Source: Botryllus schlosseri | Taxonomy: Eukaryota | Assembly: GCA_051294905.1 (NCBI GenBank) | Contig: CM119379.1 | Span: forward strand, 16,492,001 to 16,556,000 | Direction: 5' to 3' | Length of the DNA: 64,000 nt | Part shown: in pieces, positions 61,101 through 64,000 of the stretch | Layout of the letters: each line of letters starts with the position of its first letter | Numbering within the stretch: position 1 is the stretch's first letter | Notes under the pieces: generated by a model | Seen by the model: the letters and a program-made list of their open reading frames with translations, nothing else | The model's database searches: none | What the model was told of the DNA's origin: nothing | Program-made: the position numbers and the translations under genes

Positions 61101-62098
61101 AAAATCAACGCTAAACGTGCTTGCACCTCGCTAATCTCAAATATTTTACTTGCCTTGTTACGTAAGTTTGCTCGAAATATTCAGCTTTCCGTTTGTGGAT
61201 ATTTAGTGGCTCTCTGCTGCGAGCTGGACTCAAAATAACACAACATCAAGAACGAAACGCACTACACTACGATCAGTGGAATTGATATAAAGAATACATC
61301 GTTGTCTATTGTAAAAGAATCTAGCAGGCGACCAGGCGTACGGGATCCCTCTTGATTTGATATGTTTATTGTATCATAAAAATCAAATCCGTGAGGTTGG
61401 GGTGTTGACTACTGTAAACCTGTTTATGGGGTAATATCGGTAACAAGTATAGAAACCTGTTTCACACTCTGCTCAATACCAATGCTACAATAGTCAGACG
61501 CCGAATAGATTGTCCGGTCTGGCCTATAGACCGTTAAGGCGTAAGCTTATTTCCCCTTGTAAGTCTTCGTCGAAATTGTTCGCAAAGCGACGGAAGACAT
61601 TGATTTTATTATAGCACTGGATTGCTCCAGTTGATACATTTGGTGACGTTTAAAACGTCAGCAAGTACTTTATTAAGCATTGTGTCTCATGTCGCCTGAA
61701 AAGCAGGGTTAGCATTGAGAATATGTCGTCACGTGACGTCATAATGTTCAATTTTGCGTTCACACAGAACCTTTCAATAAGGTTCGCGTTCACACGACCT
61801 GAACCTTTTAGGGGTTCGCACCATCCCTAGCATAAAACCATTCTACTTACATACAAAACGTTTCTGGGCTAGCTTTCAACTGCAAAAAGAATAGCATTTC
61901 GCAGACGTGTATTTCCAGCAAGACGTCGCCCGTGTCGCACTCTTGTCTCGGGATCAAATCTTCGATGGAAAAGTCCGCTTTCGCCGATGATGATGTGTTG
62001 TTGTTCCCGCAGCATCCGATCGCGAACATCAGGGCGCTAAATCCTGCGAATATAACTAGTAAAGTACAGCATGAGCAGTGAACACGGCACAGCAGCAT
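52196..62098 (-). CDS. Uncharacterised cysteine-rich secreted or membrane-anchored protein with two helical repeats (DUF19 / neuritin / RGM-N-like spacing), about 356 aa, four exons
   Basis: Exons 62098-61851, 56151-55984, 54931-54722 and 52640-52196 all join in phase 2 with GT-AG. Hydrophobic N-terminus; repeats ..VCEMLFF..TFCIRVYEELEECIRTKCEKC and ..EECYRNF..SLCDLYEKAKSCASTAEGVHC; hydrophobic C-terminus VFMYICILFVIVLSL. The family label is inference from cysteine spacing only. Confidence 0.75.
53953..54314. mobile_element. Older hAT (Charlie-type) MITE
   Basis: TGGTGGTTCCAAAC / GTTTGGAACCACTG termini; flanks gctaaaac / gcttaagc match at 6/8. Confidence 0.65.
55368..55603 (-). pseudogene. 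Decayed hAT transposase C-terminal (dimerisation-domain) remnant
   Basis: SPSVYAQLQCCQPTTAAVER continues, after a one-base frameshift, as FSILGKLLSTDRHFLPENVGKYLSLYYNKF*, the hAT PxTxAxVERxFS pattern. Confidence 0.65.
58133..59115. mobile_element. hAT-Ac-like MITE, older copy
   Basis: Degenerate termini TAGGATTGGTGTAAAC / TTCACACCATCCGTG, arrays of GGTTCACGTTC / GAACC, flanks gtttagta / ctatagta (6/8). Colinear with 60314-61829. Confidence 0.8.
60314..61829. mobile_element. hAT-Ac-like MITE, younger copy carrying a nested LINE fragment
   Basis: TIRs TAGGGATGTTGTGAAC / GTTCGCACCATCCCTA (TAGGGATG as in Ac/Ds) and a perfect 8-bp TSD GCATAAAA (60306-60313, 61830-61837). Confidence 0.92.
60500..61075 (+). 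mobile_element. 5'-truncated LINE (L2/CR1-group) 3' fragment
   Basis: Absent from the sister MITE copy. Encodes frameshifted KLEIAKFMYQFH..PENFNDFF..HKYNTR..SIKYAGPDVWNSIP, typical of the L2/CR1 ORF2 C-terminus, followed by a 3' UTR with AATAAA. Boundaries are approximate. Confidence 0.75.
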
Positions 62099-64000
62099 AT
62101 ACGGTACTTCAGCTCTCAGACAAAATATTCAGTGTCTGTTGCTGCATATACATCGTTTTACGCAGTTTCGTAAGTAAAATATTTATTATAGTCACCATAA
62201 GCAAAATTCACTTATTTCTAGCTTTGTTTGTCGGTTATATACAGCTTCAATTTCCGAAATTATTAGTCCATTGACTGATTCGTCGCGTATATGGATTTGT
62301 GTTCCAATCACAAATACCGAATCATTACACTTTTAGGTTCAAGCTCAATAGATATTGTAGAAAGCACCATCGTCACAGTTATACGCCCATATTTACATGC
62401 GTATTTGGAGCACTTACATTTGTTTATAATATCTGTAATGCCATAAAGAAAACTCTTACCCAAAAGCATGAAATTCGCCGGTTCATGCCGCATCGGAAAT
62501 TAAGTTGAAATCTCACTGGCCTTGTTGCCGCAATAGATCTATCTATGATCAGATATGGACTGCAATAGGAAGTGCAATCGATTTTGCGGTTGATCCTGGG
62601 TTAGTCGTGTCCCTCACGGGTTCTCTAGCGCTCCAAATTGAATAAATTAGCGACAGCGATATCTGAACGGGATTGCAAATCCCTAAAGGTACCTTTTACT
62701 TTAATTCAAGCCAGTCCGCAAAACGCATAGTTTGGAAGCTCAGCTATGATTGCATTTCAATATTGATTACGGAAGAAAAACTTATTGCATCTAAATCGCA
62801 TATCTCGTTCCAGTTCTATTCCTCAGGGAGCATGCCGAGGCAAGAAATATGACCAATATCATGACAGCGACATAAATTGAAAACCGTGCGTGCGGCGTCA
62901 AGCGACAGAACGCCGATTATGCGCGTTGCATTCAATTATTGCGTTGCATTGCATGCGCAGATTGCGCCCCGACATATATAGGCAAGGTTTTTTTCATTAC
63001 TTACTAATATAGCAAAAGGGAGTAAAAGATTCCAGTCCTCCTGGAATCTGAGTATATCTCGCTATCGCCCCGTTTGAAACGTCACAATGTCACAGTTAAA
63101 CGTTCATTATATGACAAACTGGCATGTCTCACTTTTACTCGCGTCTCACCAATTTACATGTCCTTGTAACATAGCAATGTCGCAATGTATCAACATTCAA
63201 TATTGATAACCCGCCGAGTGGTACTAAATGGTCCAAACGGGACAGGTGAATGTATGCTGCAATTCTGGTTCCTCGATAGTCCATCGTTTTTAAGCTAATA
63301 TCTTCGGACGTTAGTGACTGCTGGCTATAACGTATAACTAGCATGAATACCGAGCATTTACAATATTATACGCCGCGATTCCTTTCGATCGATATTGGAA
63401 AGGATTTACCCTGTCAATTAAGAAATTAGTGCCCGCTTGTGGATCTTGTTCTGGGCCTATAATCTCATATAACGTCACACAGACGGCTTATGGAGGTATA
63501 CGCCTGAAATAGTTCACATTGATGTGCCTAATGATAGAGAAAGGTTTTTATCCGTCCAGTAATGAATTTCGTAATATCCATGGGAACAGCAACAACATGG
63601 CAAATCGAATCTGATTTGAAAATGCTGACTCCAGATGGTCATACAGAGTTTAATAATATTTAAGACAGCATCATAAGCATATAAATATATGGAGTATATT
63701 AATATGAATAAAACTGATACGTCGTAGGCCTTACCAAACGAAACTCCATGACATGGACAAAGCACCCACTGCATAGGTCAAGTAATAATGACATGTCACA
63801 TGTGATGTATATATGGTATCAAATGCTTTATATACGCAATCAGACACAAATAGTGCTTACGAGTTTATACTTCATATCGTAGCTGGAAAACCAAACAGTC
63901 TTACGTCCATTTTTAGGAATTTTGACTTTGACCATATTATTTGGACATAAACCGGTTTTGCTTTCAATTTACCTTGAAAATTCAAGTTCATATGTCCATT

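Noticed and set aside
1-64000. CRISPR arrays, prokaryotic operons, rRNA, intact viral or transposase genes, U12-type introns
   Set aside because: None seen. The repeats are TE-derived, and all introns I defined are GT-AG without the U12 GTATCCTT/ATATCCTT donor.

Overview
Eukaryotic, AT-rich nuclear DNA. It is very probably an ascidian (tunicate), inferred mainly from a neuropeptide closely resembling Ciona Ci-GALP and from compact GT-AG genes in operon-like arrays. I reconstructed 11 protein-coding genes by hand-splicing, several of which are invisible in the ORF track. On the + strand: the 3' part of a tandem Link-module-like, GPI-anchored orphan (4532-5653); a five-coding-exon galanin-like prepropeptide with a GMAP-like segment (9464-15463); and GTF2H2. 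On the - strand: a run of six conserved genes (pygopus, nucleobindin, TERF2IP/RAP1, POLK, PDCD7, hexokinase), of which TERF2IP-POLK-PDCD7 is packed like an SL-trans-spliced operon; CCDC117-like; and a four-exon cysteine-rich cell-surface orphan (52196-62098). There is also an intron-containing tRNA-Ile(TAT). Non-coding space holds many hAT-type MITEs (several with perfect TSDs), four related tRNA-derived SINEs, a LINE 3' fragment nested in a MITE, and a decayed hAT transposase. The most exciting item is the cryptic galanin precursor, whose intron positions and GMAP helix match vertebrate preprogalanin as I recall it. Comparisons to human and Ciona sequences are from memory, not from database searches.
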